DNA of 64,000 nucleotides, taken from positions 6,649 through 70,648 of IMG/VR virus record IMGVR_UViG_3300014005_000001; one strand, written 5' to 3'. The notes under the pieces are model-generated. The model saw only the letters and a program-made list of their open reading frames with translations, searched no databases and was not told the origin of the DNA. Made by a program: the position numbers and the translations under genes. Shown here one piece after another: positions 10,114-19,111 of this stretch; position 1 is the first letter of the stretch, and each line of letters opens with the position of its first letter. The DNA is from a virus. Lineage: Duplodnaviria > Caudoviricetes.

Positions 10114-11293
10114 CCCCTTCCATAGTTCCGCTTATCCTTGCTCTTTCATAGTTCTTAGTGACATAACGTTCCTTAGCCCAATCTTCATCGATTAATTCGC
10201 CACCTAATCGCTCAATTACATCATTAATACTAAGACCACCAACGGCGAATAGTTTGTCCACAGCGTTTGCGAACTTGGTTAGGTCGAACAATTTGAAGTT
10301 CTTCATATCAAATTTGATATAAGTTTTGTTTAAAAATTGATCTCGAGTAAACATCTTTTTGTTATACTCATTAACAATCATTTCACCGATTGGTCTAACA
10401 GAGAAAAGTATGAAGTTATCTAGGTCACCAGTAGGATTACCAGAAGTAGAGATACCCCCTTCGCTAATTCCACTTAATAATGATGGTGGTATGTGGAAAG
10501 CAACGGCCACAAAGTCTAACATATCTTTTGCAAGATTCTTAATATCTCGTGTATCTAACTTTTGCAGATCTTTGCTCTGATCTTCTAAGTTAACTTGCTC
10601 CGGCAAGAATAAAACAGATGCAATTTTTTCGGGATTCGTATAATCTCTCATCTTTTCCTCAAAAAGTGCTTGTGCTGCTTTGCCGTTCTCGTCTGTTAAG
10701 GAGTTCATGAAACGTCCTTTAATTAAAAATCTAAGTTTTCCATTCCCCTTATAATCAGACATAGCTTTTGCTAGTAATAATCCGTATGAGTTATACAAAC
10801 TATCAATAACTTGATTAATAGACTCCTGGGAAAGTCGGAAATACATGACTTCGCTTTCTTTATAAGTTTTTGTTAACATTTCACCGTTAATTGACAATGA
10901 ATGATACGTAAACTCTGTTAAACCATTCGTAGTTTCGCGATAAAACGAATCAGCTACCCACAATTCTTCGCCAATGGGAATAACCAACGCTTCATTTTCG
11001 TAAACAAGGTTATATACAACTTTTGTCCAGAATTCATGAGCATTTTCATTCTTATTAGGTGCTACATTCAATTGATAGTAGTTTAAATGCCGTTTTAACT
11101 TGCCATCTCTATAAGATTCGAAGTCACAAGAAATTAATGAACGTGCAATTAAATCAATAGCAGCGTTAACGTATAGTTTTTTGTAAGCTATTTCGGCTTT
11201 TAATTGCAGTGTTTGACAATCTGGATCGGGAATTTCGCTACTACTACCACCAAAAAATGTTTTAACTAGTGTTCTAATTCCCAATTGACTCAC
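10046..11293 (-). CDS. Portal protein (HK97 family)
   Basis: 415 aa between the terminase and the protease; APNKNENAHEFW and VAFHIPPSLL. Confidence 0.9.
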   Translation of the reverse strand: MSQLGIRTLVKTFFGGSSSEIPDPDCQTLQLKAEIAYKKLYVNAAIDLIARSLISCDFESYRDGKLKRHLNYYQLNVAPNKNENAHEFWTKVVYNLVYENEALVIPIGEELWVADSFYRETTNGLTEFTYHSLSINGEMLTKTYKESEVMYFRLSQESINQVIDSLYNSYGLLLAKAMSDYKGNGKLRFLIKGRFMNSLTDENGKAAQALFEEKMRDYTNPEKIASVLFLPEQVNLEDQSKDLQKLDTRDIKNLAKDMLDFVAVAFHIPPSLLSGISEGGISTSGNPTGDLDNFILFSVRPIGEMIVNEYNKKMFTRDQFLNKTYIKFDMKNFKLFDLTKFANAVDKLFAVGGLSINDVIERLGGELIDEDWAKERYVTKNYERARISGTMEGGGIDGNGKDSTEVPNDGESGEQ

Positions 11294-11302
11294 CTCCTTT
11301 AG

Positions 11303-12985
11303 TTAAAATGACCATACTTGCATATCATTTAAATCGACTGCATAGTCTTCAATTTCTCCATCAAAATTTAAAGCGTGAGTGAACGCGAAAAACCCGTCAG
11401 TTTTTCTTTTGACAGGGTCGATTTTTTTATATTCTTTTGATCCATTCCCTAATTCATCCACATAGATATTTCCACAATACCACCGCATAACAGGGTCATC
11501 GTGGAAAACGATATTATGATTGATGAATAGATGTTGGATTAACGGGTCTAACATAGCGTGAATATATTGACCACGACGTACTACCTTTACTTTTTCATGG
11601 AAACCAGCTTGTTCTAATAAAGGCTGCAAGATTACTGAACGGAATTTATCAATGGCGATGTATTTAATATCGTATTCTTTTGCTTTATCTAAGAACCAAT
11701 TGATAACACGTTCTGGTTTTATCTCTTTATCGTACACAATGGTGAAGAGTCCTTTTTCCACACCTATATCAATGATATCCTGGTTTATATCCTGCATTTT
11801 CAACGCTTCGTGCCATATAAACGTGTGGTGAATCCAAATACGCTTACCATTTACCTTAAATAACAAACCCACGCTGCAGAAGTCACGTAATTCAGCAAAA
11901 TCTACACCACCAACGCATTGATATTGATGCAGATTGTCTGGTAATTCTTGATCTGTAGCAAGAATATCCTCATAAGTTGCGATTTTATGTTGAAATAGCT
12001 GCTTCGGAATGTTCATCCTTTTTGTCATAAATTCCACATGCATTGGAATGTTGGTCTGACAATCGGCCCATTCTTCTTTCATCGTTTCGAATAGTTCCGT
12101 GTTATCTCTAATAGAAGGATTAGCTTTTTCCCAGTTTGCAATGTCTTCAACTTCCTCTTCGGAATCTAATTTGCAGATGAAGGGGAAAATCTTACTGTTT
12201 TCAACTTCTCCACTTAGAACCATTCGTGCTTTTTCTTTCATATCATCCAAAACGCCACCGCGGACATATCCATCAGTTGTTAAATAAAACGTTCTACCGT
12301 CTTTTACTTTCCCTAAAGCTGAACGGAATACCTTAATAGACGCGTAATCTTCATATTCATGAATTTCATCGAACCAAACTGAACCAGGCCTTAAACCGTC
12401 TTTCGTTCTAGCATTTGATGTGTTGTATTTTAAATGTGATTTGTTCTTTTTATGTTCAATTAATACTTTAGTCGTATTGAAAGACTTCTTCAAAACACTA
12501 TTTTTAGGGTTATCAATTACATTCCGAACATCTTGAAATGTAGTTTTTGCTTGTTGTTCAGAAGTTGCTACCCATTCGATATGATAATTATCAATTCCGA
12601 ACTGTTTGGACAGCATATAAAAATTATGCCAACCACCATAACCATTTTTACCGCCACCACGACCCATTAAAATTAAAATCTGATTCCAAACTAAACGGTC
12701 ATTGTCTTTGTATCTAACTCCATATACGCAAGCATTAACAAATCTTTGCCAAGCGTAAAGTTTGAAGGGGAAATATGGCTCTGGAATTTTAACACTATCC
12801 TCAATAGCTTTTACATCAATATAAACATTTGGATTATCTAAAGTTTTTCGAACTAAGGCCATTAATTGTTTTTGTTCTTTGCATGACTTTATTTCTCCGC
12901 TTTCCACACTATACATGTACTCACTAATGTAAGGGTGATATTTATAAGGAAGATTAGACTTCTGTATCATCGTCATCATCCTCAC
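11303..12985 (-). CDS. terL: Terminase large subunit (unit A)
   Basis: Walker A MGRGGGKN, Walker B WFDEIHE, C-terminal nuclease VGGVDFAE and KTDG. Confidence 0.93.
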   Translation of the reverse strand: MRMMTMIQKSNLPYKYHPYISEYMYSVESGEIKSCKEQKQLMALVRKTLDNPNVYIDVKAIEDSVKIPEPYFPFKLYAWQRFVNACVYGVRYKDNDRLVWNQILILMGRGGGKNGYGGWHNFYMLSKQFGIDNYHIEWVATSEQQAKTTFQDVRNVIDNPKNSVLKKSFNTTKVLIEHKKNKSHLKYNTSNARTKDGLRPGSVWFDEIHEYEDYASIKVFRSALGKVKDGRTFYLTTDGYVRGGVLDDMKEKARMVLSGEVENSKIFPFICKLDSEEEVEDIANWEKANPSIRDNTELFETMKEEWADCQTNIPMHVEFMTKRMNIPKQLFQHKIATYEDILATDQELPDNLHQYQCVGGVDFAELRDFCSVGLLFKVNGKRIWIHHTFIWHEALKMQDINQDIIDIGVEKGLFTIVYDKEIKPERVINWFLDKAKEYDIKYIAIDKFRSVILQPLLEQAGFHEKVKVVRRGQYIHAMLDPLIQHLFINHNIVFHDDPVMRWYCGNIYVDELGNGSKEYKKIDPVKRKTDGFFAFTHALNFDGEIEDYAVDLNDMQVWSF

Positions 12986-13451
12986 TTACCGCTTTAAGAC
13001 CCAACTCATTAAGAATCTTTAACATTTGCGTATTAGTCTTATTCAACTCATTAATACTATCGTTTTTCTTCATAAAACCATTAGCACCTAAAACTGAAAC
13101 ACCTCGATCTTTTACATCAGCTATCAATTTATTTTTTATATCCCAAAATGACATATAATCTTCTACTAAATCCATAAAATGAGCGTGTATGATACCGTTT
13201 GTGCCAAGTTGTTCATATAAATCATCTCTTATTTTATTTCTAAGCGTTTTTTCTCTGCTCTTTTGAAGCTTTGCAACCTTTTCTGAAACATTTTTTAGAC
13301 CTTTTTCATTTATCATGTCTTCCCAATAACGACTACGCCATGATTTAACAGTGCTAACAGATACACTATATTTATCCGCAATATCCTTGTATTTAACGCC
13401 TTCTAAGAAATCTTTGAACGCTAATTTATATTTACTTTGTTTTCCGCTCAC
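12954..13451 (-). CDS. terS: Terminase small subunit (N-terminal HTH, P27-like)
   Basis: HTH ([15 protein letters not shown]) plus KKNDSINEL...LNELGL; upstream of terL. Confidence 0.8.
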   Translation of the reverse strand: MSGKQSKYKLAFKDFLEGVKYKDIADKYSVSVSTVKSWRSRYWEDMINEKGLKNVSEKVAKLQKSREKTLRNKIRDDLYEQLGTNGIIHAHFMDLVEDYMSFWDIKNKLIADVKDRGVSVLGANGFMKKNDSINELNKTNTQMLKILNELGLKAVSEDDDDDTEV

Positions 13452-13639
13452 AATATCATCACCCCGCTTCTTTATTAGATTTTTTCGAAGATTAATTTTA
13501 AAAACTTTTCTTAAAAGAACGAAAATAGATGTGTATATTTTTACTTAACAGAAAACATTAGCAACTGCATACTGATCACAAATACATATCAAAAAGTTTC
13601 ATCATCCAAGTAAAAGGAAGATATTTTTTTGTGATTTTT

Positions 13640-13745
13640 TCTGTCTCACGCGCGAAAAGCAAAAAATAAAAAGACAAATCTCCCCCCCGCGTTGCTCGGT
13701 CCCCCAGCAAAATTGTTTCTATATTTTGACCGGGGGGTGTCTCAG
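13640..13745. other. Probable cos/packaging region
   Basis: GC-rich non-coding patch with C-runs and G-runs between the HNH and terS genes, the usual cos position in HK97-type phages; cut site not identified. Confidence 0.4.
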
Positions 13746-13760
13746 GAAATTTATCTTAAA

Positions 13761-14072
13761 TTATTTTATAGCTAAACCAAAGAATAGCTCAGCATATTCA
13801 ATAACAATGTGAGCTTCAGTTAAATTCATATTTAGATAATGTTCTAGCCAATGTTCTCGTAAACTTTTCTTTACTGTTTCAAGTGTAGTCTTCTCACATG
13901 CTCTTGGATTACATATGTGTCGTATCTGTTTGTATGTTGTGTAGATGTCACGTTGAAACTGTTTGAATATATCTAAAGCACGCTCATCATCTGTTCCGTC
14001 TTTCACTAATGTCTTGATGAATTGTAAGTCATATATGTTACCTTGTATCGTTAGGCTGTCCACACTTACCAC
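13761..14072 (-). CDS. Hypothetical phage protein
   Basis: 103-aa ORF coupled to the HNH gene. Confidence 0.55.
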   Translation of the reverse strand: MVSVDSLTIQGNIYDLQFIKTLVKDGTDDERALDIFKQFQRDIYTTYKQIRHICNPRACEKTTLETVKKSLREHWLEHYLNMNLTEAHIVIEYAELFFGLAIK

Positions 14073-14392
14073 CTCTCTTCATCTACTATCGTGCAACGTT
14101 TCTTCACTATGTTCTTCTCTTTGTTGTGTTCTTTGTTATGGCATTGAATGCATAGTGTTTCTAGGTTGCTTAATGTATATGCTAAGTCTGGTCTGTCACG
14201 TAACTCCTTGATGTGATGGACGTTCCTACCCTTGCTATACTTACCTTTGCGCTTGCACTCCTGACATTCGCTGTTGTCTCTTTCTAATGCCTTGATTCTA
14301 ATGTTCCTTCTCCAGTAAGGATGCTTATAGAACTTAATGATATTATCTTGTTCATATAGTTTATTAATCTCTTGTATTGTTAAAGGTTGCAC
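14066..14392 (-). CDS. HNH endonuclease (terminase-associated)
   Basis: CQEC...VHHIKE...NLETLCIQCHNKEH; likely start is the GTG at 14392 rather than the track start at 14593. Confidence 0.85.
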   Translation of the reverse strand: MQPLTIQEINKLYEQDNIIKFYKHPYWRRNIRIKALERDNSECQECKRKGKYSKGRNVHHIKELRDRPDLAYTLSNLETLCIQCHNKEHNKEKNIVKKRCTIVDEERW

Positions 14393-14679
14393 AGTTACAC
14401 CAGCCTTTATCTTTCGAAATAAAAAAGCACCCGAATGGATGCTTTGAAATGGGTTATTAATTTGTACTTTAATTCCGGTACGTGAAGTTTTATCCTTATT
14501 CCAATCACCTAATGATGAACCGCTAATACGCATCAACAATATTAAGTAACTGGAAGAAGAGCAAAAGCTCTCCCTAATAACGGTATCATTCAATCATTAC
14601 CATCTGCTGGTTCCGGATTTTATGCGCCGTCATTACGAAACCGTTTAGACAACATATAGTTTATAAAGGAATTTATGAG

Positions 14680-14785
14680 TCGTGTTTTCCGCCACTTCTC
14701 ACAATACAAATATATCACGTGAATTCCAAAACAACCGGCACATATCCTGCCAAAAAGCGGTCACGACTCTGCCACCTTTTTCAAA
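14680..14785 (-). promoter_or_regulatory. Probable ArpU-dependent late promoter
   Basis: TGGCAG-type repeats upstream of a TATATT -10 like box, ahead of the HNH/terminase operon. Confidence 0.4.
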
Positions 14786-14812
14786 ATAAACATTGTAAGT
14801 TCACCATATATA

Positions 14813-15574
14813 TTACCCTTTATTAATTAGTTGATGAGAATCAGCTTTTTTTAATATCATTGTTGATTTTAATAACTGGAATAATTTAAGCACATCTTTT
14901 TTCGTAATAGATTCATAATCATAAAAACCGTGCATAATTGAGTTTCGATTCAGTTCTTTTCCTAATTCATTTGGGATTTTCAAAAATAACTTTTTATACA
15001 TCCGAAGTATAGAATTAGTAAATATTTGAGTAAAATATTCTTCATTAGCTCTTTTATATTCTTCAGGGTTCACTTTTTTATACAGACCGTAGCTATTTGG
15101 TTTACCATCAATAGATATCATTTCTATTTTTATTTTCCCTTCACACCACGATGAAAACACATGTTCAAAAGTAGCGAGAAGCGGAAATACACACAACTTG
15201 TATAACCCTAAGTTATATGCTTCGTAAGCTTCTTTAATAATAGGCGCATGAATTCTAAACATAGGATCATTAAGTAATTCTCCTATATAACTCTCTAATT
15301 TATTTTCTATATATTCGGGTATCATTTCAATAGATATAAGCTCATCCATTATGTCAGCTATGGTTGGAAAATCTAAACACCACATTTCAGCTTCTTGCTT
15401 CAATATAATATTTTCTATTTTCTGTAGATCCTCTATTTGAGGTGCAAGCATCATTAGAAACCTGTATTTTTTCAAAGATTTTTCAATTGCTTCTTTTATC
15501 ATGTCTGGAACCTGAATTTCTGCTTCGCCGTTCCCCTTTATATCCTTAACATTTTTCTTATCTATCTCTTTCAT
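14813..15574 (-). CDS. Putative HEPN-domain protein (moron)
   Basis: EAYEAYNLGLY...LLATFE helix plus R-x4-H (RNSIMH); own extended -10 TGATAAAAT upstream. Confidence 0.55.
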   Translation of the reverse strand: MKEIDKKNVKDIKGNGEAEIQVPDMIKEAIEKSLKKYRFLMMLAPQIEDLQKIENIILKQEAEMWCLDFPTIADIMDELISIEMIPEYIENKLESYIGELLNDPMFRIHAPIIKEAYEAYNLGLYKLCVFPLLATFEHVFSSWCEGKIKIEMISIDGKPNSYGLYKKVNPEEYKRANEEYFTQIFTNSILRMYKKLFLKIPNELGKELNRNSIMHGFYDYESITKKDVLKLFQLLKSTMILKKADSHQLINKG

Positions 15575-15629
15575 AAATTGTCTCCCTTCATATGCACTTA
15601 TATTTTATCATCATTTATGTTAATAAATC

Positions 15630-15745
15630 GAGTTACCCATATCTTGTATTGTGTGTAACTGACCCCTTCGCCAAATCCCTTGCTATCATTGATTTCATTC
15701 TACTTTCTCTTTTGAGTTACACAGTACGAAATTTATGGGTAACTG
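15630..15745. repeat. Two 32-bp 12-8-12 inverted-arm sites in inverted orientation (15630-15661, 15714-15745)
   Basis: GAGTTACCCATA-TCTTGTAT-TGTGTGTAACTG and GAGTTACACAGT-ACGAAATT-TATGGGTAACTG. Confidence 0.7.
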
Positions 15746-15772
15746 TATAGATTTAAAAAGAAAAAGCAATGC

Positions 15773-16315
15773 TTAGATTTTAAACCTAGTCATTGCTTTA
15801 TCCATTGCATCTTGGTTTACCCCTATATAACGTAATGTGACCTTCTCTGACGAGTGATTGAATATCTCCATAAGTAATGCTATGTTTTTCGTTTGCATGT
15901 ACATATGATACCCGTACGTCTTTCTCAACGTATGTGTTCCTATTTCATCTAATCCAAACTCTGCCGCTGCTCCACTTAATATCTTATATGCCATACTACG
16001 ACCGATAGGACGATTCTTCCCTTGTCTACTTTGTAATAAATACTCATTATCTTCTCTTTCTTCAATAAACCATTTCAGTTCTCTTTTCAGTGCTGCAGTA
16101 ATTTGTATTCGTTTCTGTTTCCCGGTTTTCTTTTCTCTCATAGATATATGACTACCTTTAACATCTCCTACCTTCAATTTCAAAATGTCCGAGATTCTCA
16201 GGCCTGTATTGATTCCCATAATGAAGAGAATGTAATTACGTAAGCTCTTTTCCTTAAAATACTCTTTTAGCTGCTGTATTTCTTCTGGATCACGTATTGG
16301 CTGAACAAAATTCAT
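15773..16315 (-). CDS. Minimal tyrosine recombinase (catalytic domain only)
   Basis: GLRISD, HTLRKT, FNHSS and TLRY catalytic motifs; 180 aa. Confidence 0.9.
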   Translation of the reverse strand: MNFVQPIRDPEEIQQLKEYFKEKSLRNYILFIMGINTGLRISDILKLKVGDVKGSHISMREKKTGKQKRIQITAALKRELKWFIEEREDNEYLLQSRQGKNRPIGRSMAYKILSGAAAEFGLDEIGTHTLRKTYGYHMYMQTKNIALLMEIFNHSSEKVTLRYIGVNQDAMDKAMTRFKI

Positions 16316-16797
16316 TATTCATTACCTCCAGTCTCTTCTGTCTCGTAAACTTCTAATCCAAGTGCAAAAGCAAGCTTATAAAATGCCTTAGACTTCCAAC
16401 GTCGATAAGTACGCTCTGACATCCCTATTTCGTTGTAAACCATGTAATCACATACGTCCTCTTCTTCTAAATAACGCTTATAAATAATATCTCTTTGAAT
16501 GCTTCCTGCACGTCCGTTCCCTAATCGATTTAGAAACTGATCAATACGTACTGACATTCTTTCAAGCCACTCTTCTCGTTTACTTTGTTGAATATTTGCC
16601 ATAGCAACATCTTCTAATGGTTTTCCAACGGTATGTGTAGGACCATGCTCACGTACTTCATAAGAAGGAGTGACTTTCATTTCTTTACGCATCATCCCAA
16701 ATTGTCTATGTATACGTACGCTTTCCAACACACCTTCTAATTCCTCTTGTGTTGCTGTTCTATCAATTTTTGGTAAGAAAGATAATTGTTTAGTCAT
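16315..16797 (-). CDS. arpU: ArpU-family late transcriptional regulator
   Basis: MTKQLSFLPKIDR..., IIYKRYL and MSERTYRRWKSKAFYKLAFAL. Confidence 0.88.
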   Translation of the reverse strand: MTKQLSFLPKIDRTATQEELEGVLESVRIHRQFGMMRKEMKVTPSYEVREHGPTHTVGKPLEDVAMANIQQSKREEWLERMSVRIDQFLNRLGNGRAGSIQRDIIYKRYLEEEDVCDYMVYNEIGMSERTYRRWKSKAFYKLAFALGLEVYETEETGGNE

Positions 16798-16824
16798 GTA
16801 AGACCACTCCTTTTTATTTTTAAA

Positions 16825-16995
16825 TTACTTTTGTCTTAATGCTCCACGTCTTCGTTCATAACAAGGTCTATGCATCCCCATTAAATCTTCAATCTCACGA
16901 GTGCTAAATTTCTCTTTTCGTTTTTTCTTCTTTTTCTTTTTCACTTGATGCGATTGCTTTTTCCATTCACGTAACTGATCCTTTAATCCCTTCAT
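16825..16995 (-). CDS. Small Lys-rich phage protein (56 aa)
   Basis: Hand-translated MKGLKDQLREWKKQ...RRRGALRQK, with RBS. Confidence 0.6.
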   Translation of the reverse strand: MKGLKDQLREWKKQSHQVKKKKKKKRKEKFSTREIEDLMGMHRPCYERRRGALRQK

Positions 16996-17110
16996 TTCCC
17001 CATCTCCCTTTTCAAAATAAAAAGGACACCTATTCCTAAAACAGCTTTAACTGCTGCTTTAATGAATTGGTGTCCTCTAGTTTTCTAGCCGGACTGTATT
17101 CTGTTTGCAT

Positions 17111-17233
17111 TCACTTTAAAATACCAGCTTGTACAAAAATGTTTCTCCAAGCTTTATTGACTTGAAACTTCTCCACATCTTTTGCACGACGAGCAATTGC
17201 TTTTCTAATTTTTCTTTTCTTCAAAGCCTTCAT
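17111..17233 (-). CDS. Small basic protein, DUF3983-like (40 aa)
   Basis: Hand-translated MKALKKRKIRKAIARRAKDVEKFQVNKAWRNIFVQAGILK, with GAGG RBS. Confidence 0.6.
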   Translation of the reverse strand: MKALKKRKIRKAIARRAKDVEKFQVNKAWRNIFVQAGILK

Positions 17234-17241
17234 TCTACTAA

Positions 17242-17272
17242 CCTCACTTTCTATTAAAAGGATTATTTTGTT
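17242..17272. repeat. 31-bp direct repeat, copy 1 (copy 2 at 63250-63280)
   Basis: cctcactttctattaaaaggattattttgtt is identical at both loci. Confidence 0.9.
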
Positions 17273-17372
17273 CAGTTTCAAAACTCTTACACTATATTTT
17301 CGTTTTCTTATATGATTATTTTGCTATATAATTTAACTGTTATATATTCAAACCAATTAAGAGGTATTTACT

Positions 17373-17936
17373 ATGATTGAAACAGTTGTATTAGCAGGTT
17401 TTATATTTTTAATTATCTTTGTGCTAAAGTTGCCACGGTACATGCGTTTAAAGCGCGAAAATGAAGAAGCACTCATACGTAGAAAAAAAGAAAGAGAAAG
17501 AGCATATAAACTACATATGGAGGAACTTCGTCAGTCCGGTATTGATGAAATCGATCAAATGAATGGTCTACAATTTGAAGAGTACCTAAGCTCTTTATAC
17601 CAATCTCTTGGATACAATACAGAAGTTACAAAGGGATCTGGTGATTTTGGAGCCGATTTGATTTTAGAAAACAATGATGAAAAAATTATTGTCCAAGCAA
17701 AACGCTACAGTAGCAAAGTTAGTATCCAAGCGGTTCAAGAAATAGTTGCGGCAAAAGGTTTTTATAACGCTGAGCACGCTTGGGTTGTTACAAACAACTA
17801 TTTCACAACACCTGCCCGTAAATTAGCGGACGCTAATGATGTATTACTTATAGATCGGGACTTATTGATTAAATTAAGTGTGCAAGTAAATCAAGCGAAA
17901 GTATCAACTCGTGTTGAGAGATATAACTCCAATTGA
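17373..17936 (+). CDS. Mrr-like restriction endonuclease domain with N-terminal membrane helix
   Basis: GLQFEEYL, SGDFGADL, VQAKRY and VVTNNYFT motifs; hydrophobic N-terminus. Confidence 0.85.
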   Translation: MIETVVLAGFIFLIIFVLKLPRYMRLKRENEEALIRRKKERERAYKLHMEELRQSGIDEIDQMNGLQFEEYLSSLYQSLGYNTEVTKGSGDFGADLILENNDEKIIVQAKRYSSKVSIQAVQEIVAAKGFYNAEHAWVVTNNYFTTPARKLADANDVLLIDRDLLIKLSVQVNQAKVSTRVERYNSN

Positions 17937-17961
17937 GACACTCATGTTAGTGTCTTTTTTT
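17936..17961 (+). terminator. Intrinsic terminator of the Mrr-like gene
   Basis: agacact-catgtt-agtgtct followed by a T-run. Confidence 0.75.
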
Positions 17962-17964
17962 ATG

Positions 17965-18067
17965 ACAAAATGAAATTTTTATAATAAACCTTCAATCTTT
18001 GCTATCGCTTCAAATATCGGATAAATCTGTTGAGGCACAACCGCGTTTCCCAAGAATCTTAATCTAT
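17965..18067. repeat. Exact 103-bp direct repeat, copy 1 (copy 2 at 63898-64000)
   Basis: Base-by-base identical; offset 45933. Confidence 0.95.
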
Positions 18068-18734
18068 CTTCGTCCAATCTTGTGGCAGTCCCATCATCCA
18101 TTCCACAAATTGCGGGTTGATTTTCTTCCCAATATGTTCTGGAAAGTGTTCCCCGATTGATCCCGGTAGTGTTTTCCCGTGGCTGCCGTTTGCTTCTGAA
18201 GGGCACAACTCGCGGATCGGCTTGTAATTTTGACTTGTCGTTGGAGTGGCCAATAATAAATGTCCTGTATCTTTGATGTGGCGCCCCGACACTGACAGCC
18301 GGTAATACGAACGTCCTTGTCGAGTAGTTTTCTTCTTCCAAGTCGGAGAGCACGGTGTCCAAGCCCATTGTGACGTGTCCAGCAACATTTTCTCCAACAA
18401 ACCAAGTGGGTCCGAGTTCTCTAATGAGTCGGAAGACTTCTGGCCATAACCATCTTTCGTCTTCTGCACCTTTTCTCTTTCCTGCCATGCTTTCTCCCTG
18501 ACAGGGATATCCTGCTGAAATAACTCCAATTGAATCAACGTCAACACCTCCATCTATTAATGATTGTTTCGTAAGTTTATATAAATCCGGGAAAATAGGA
18601 ATGTTAGGATAGTTCTTTCTAAGTACTTTCTGATTGAACTCTTCTATCTCGCAAAAGGCTGCTGTTTCAATCCCAACCCAATCCGCTGCCATGCTTATTC
18701 CTGCAATTCCCGAACATAGATCTAACATTTTCAT
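17979..18734 (-). CDS. DNA cytosine-5 methyltransferase, alpha chain (no motif IX)
   Basis: Motifs I (LDLCSGIAG), IV (GYPCQ), VI (GENV), VIII (QRYR) and X (LGNAV). Confidence 0.92.
   Translation of the reverse strand: MKMLDLCSGIAGISMAADWVGIETAAFCEIEEFNQKVLRKNYPNIPIFPDLYKLTKQSLIDGGVDVDSIGVISAGYPCQGESMAGKRKGAEDERWLWPEVFRLIRELGPTWFVGENVAGHVTMGLDTVLSDLEEENYSTRTFVLPAVSVGAPHQRYRTFIIGHSNDKSKLQADPRVVPFRSKRQPRENTTGINRGTLSRTYWEENQPAICGMDDGTATRLDEDRLRFLGNAVVPQQIYPIFEAIAKIEGLL
18059..18538 (-). CDS. Nested alternative-frame gene: putative methyltransferase beta chain carrying motif IX
   Basis: GGAGGTG RBS 6 nt before TTG (MIQLELF...); C-terminus KKINPQFVEWMMGLPQDWT resembles motif IX; part of track ORF 18059-18553. 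Confidence 0.7.
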   Translation of the reverse strand: MIQLELFQQDIPVREKAWQEREKVQKTKDGYGQKSSDSLENSDPLGLLEKMLLDTSQWAWTPCSPTWKKKTTRQGRSYYRLSVSGRHIKDTGHLLLATPTTSQNYKPIRELCPSEANGSHGKTLPGSIGEHFPEHIGKKINPQFVEWMMGLPQDWTKID

Positions 18735-18764
18735 ACCCTATTCCCCTTTGTTTTAAAATAGCTT

Positions 18765-18884
18765 TTAGTTTTTATCGTTACATTTCTCGCATTTAAACTT
18801 CTTATTTCTATTTTCATAATTTGCCTTTACAGTTATTTCTTTTTTACAATCACTACATAGTGTTAGAACCTTATTAAATCCCAT
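18765..18884 (-). CDS. 39-aa CxxC/CxxC zinc-ribbon microprotein
   Basis: Hand-translated MGFNKVLTLCSDCKKEITVKANYENRNKKFKCEKCNDKN; RBS; fills one cassette. Confidence 0.6.
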   Translation of the reverse strand: MGFNKVLTLCSDCKKEITVKANYENRNKKFKCEKCNDKN

Positions 18885-18921
18885 AATCAACTTCCCCTTT
18901 CTAACAAAATAGCGTTTTTGT

Positions 18922-19068
18922 TTAGTTTCCAGTTATCTTATCGTACAATCTGAGAGCAAATCCTATAGGAAGCAATACGAACGTACACATAGCCATCCCT
19001 AATAGGAAATACCAGATGTTCTCATAGTTTTCTCTTTGGTAAAAATCACGTACTTTTAGATTGACCAA
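18922..19068 (-). CDS. 48-aa membrane microprotein
   Basis: Hand-translated from TTG after GGAGGGGG: MVNLKVRDFYQRENYENIWYFLLGMAMCTFVLLPIGFALRLYDKITGN. Confidence 0.6.
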   Translation of the reverse strand: MVNLKVRDFYQRENYENIWYFLLGMAMCTFVLLPIGFALRLYDKITGN

Positions 19069-19111
19069 TGTTCCCCCTCCTTTCTCCAAAATAACGATTT
19101 TGTTCAGTTGT

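Larger units (their letters stand above)
1..17964 (-). mobile_element. Phage unit A, late part (cos/HK97-type siphovirus: ArpU, recombinase, HNH, terminase, head, tail); continues beyond the left edge
   Basis: Contiguous co-oriented morphogenesis genes in canonical siphovirus order; right boundary inferred from the start of the 103-bp repeat. Confidence 0.8.

Noticed and set aside
15773-16315. Tyrosine recombinase as the prophage integrase
   Set aside because: Lacks arm-binding and core-binding N-terminal domains, lies in the late-control region, and no att site or host junction is visible
18094-18405. Third-frame ORF inside the methyltransferase
   Set aside because: No clear RBS or motif, unlike the 18059-18538 ORF; probably a by-product of the stop-poor double-coding region
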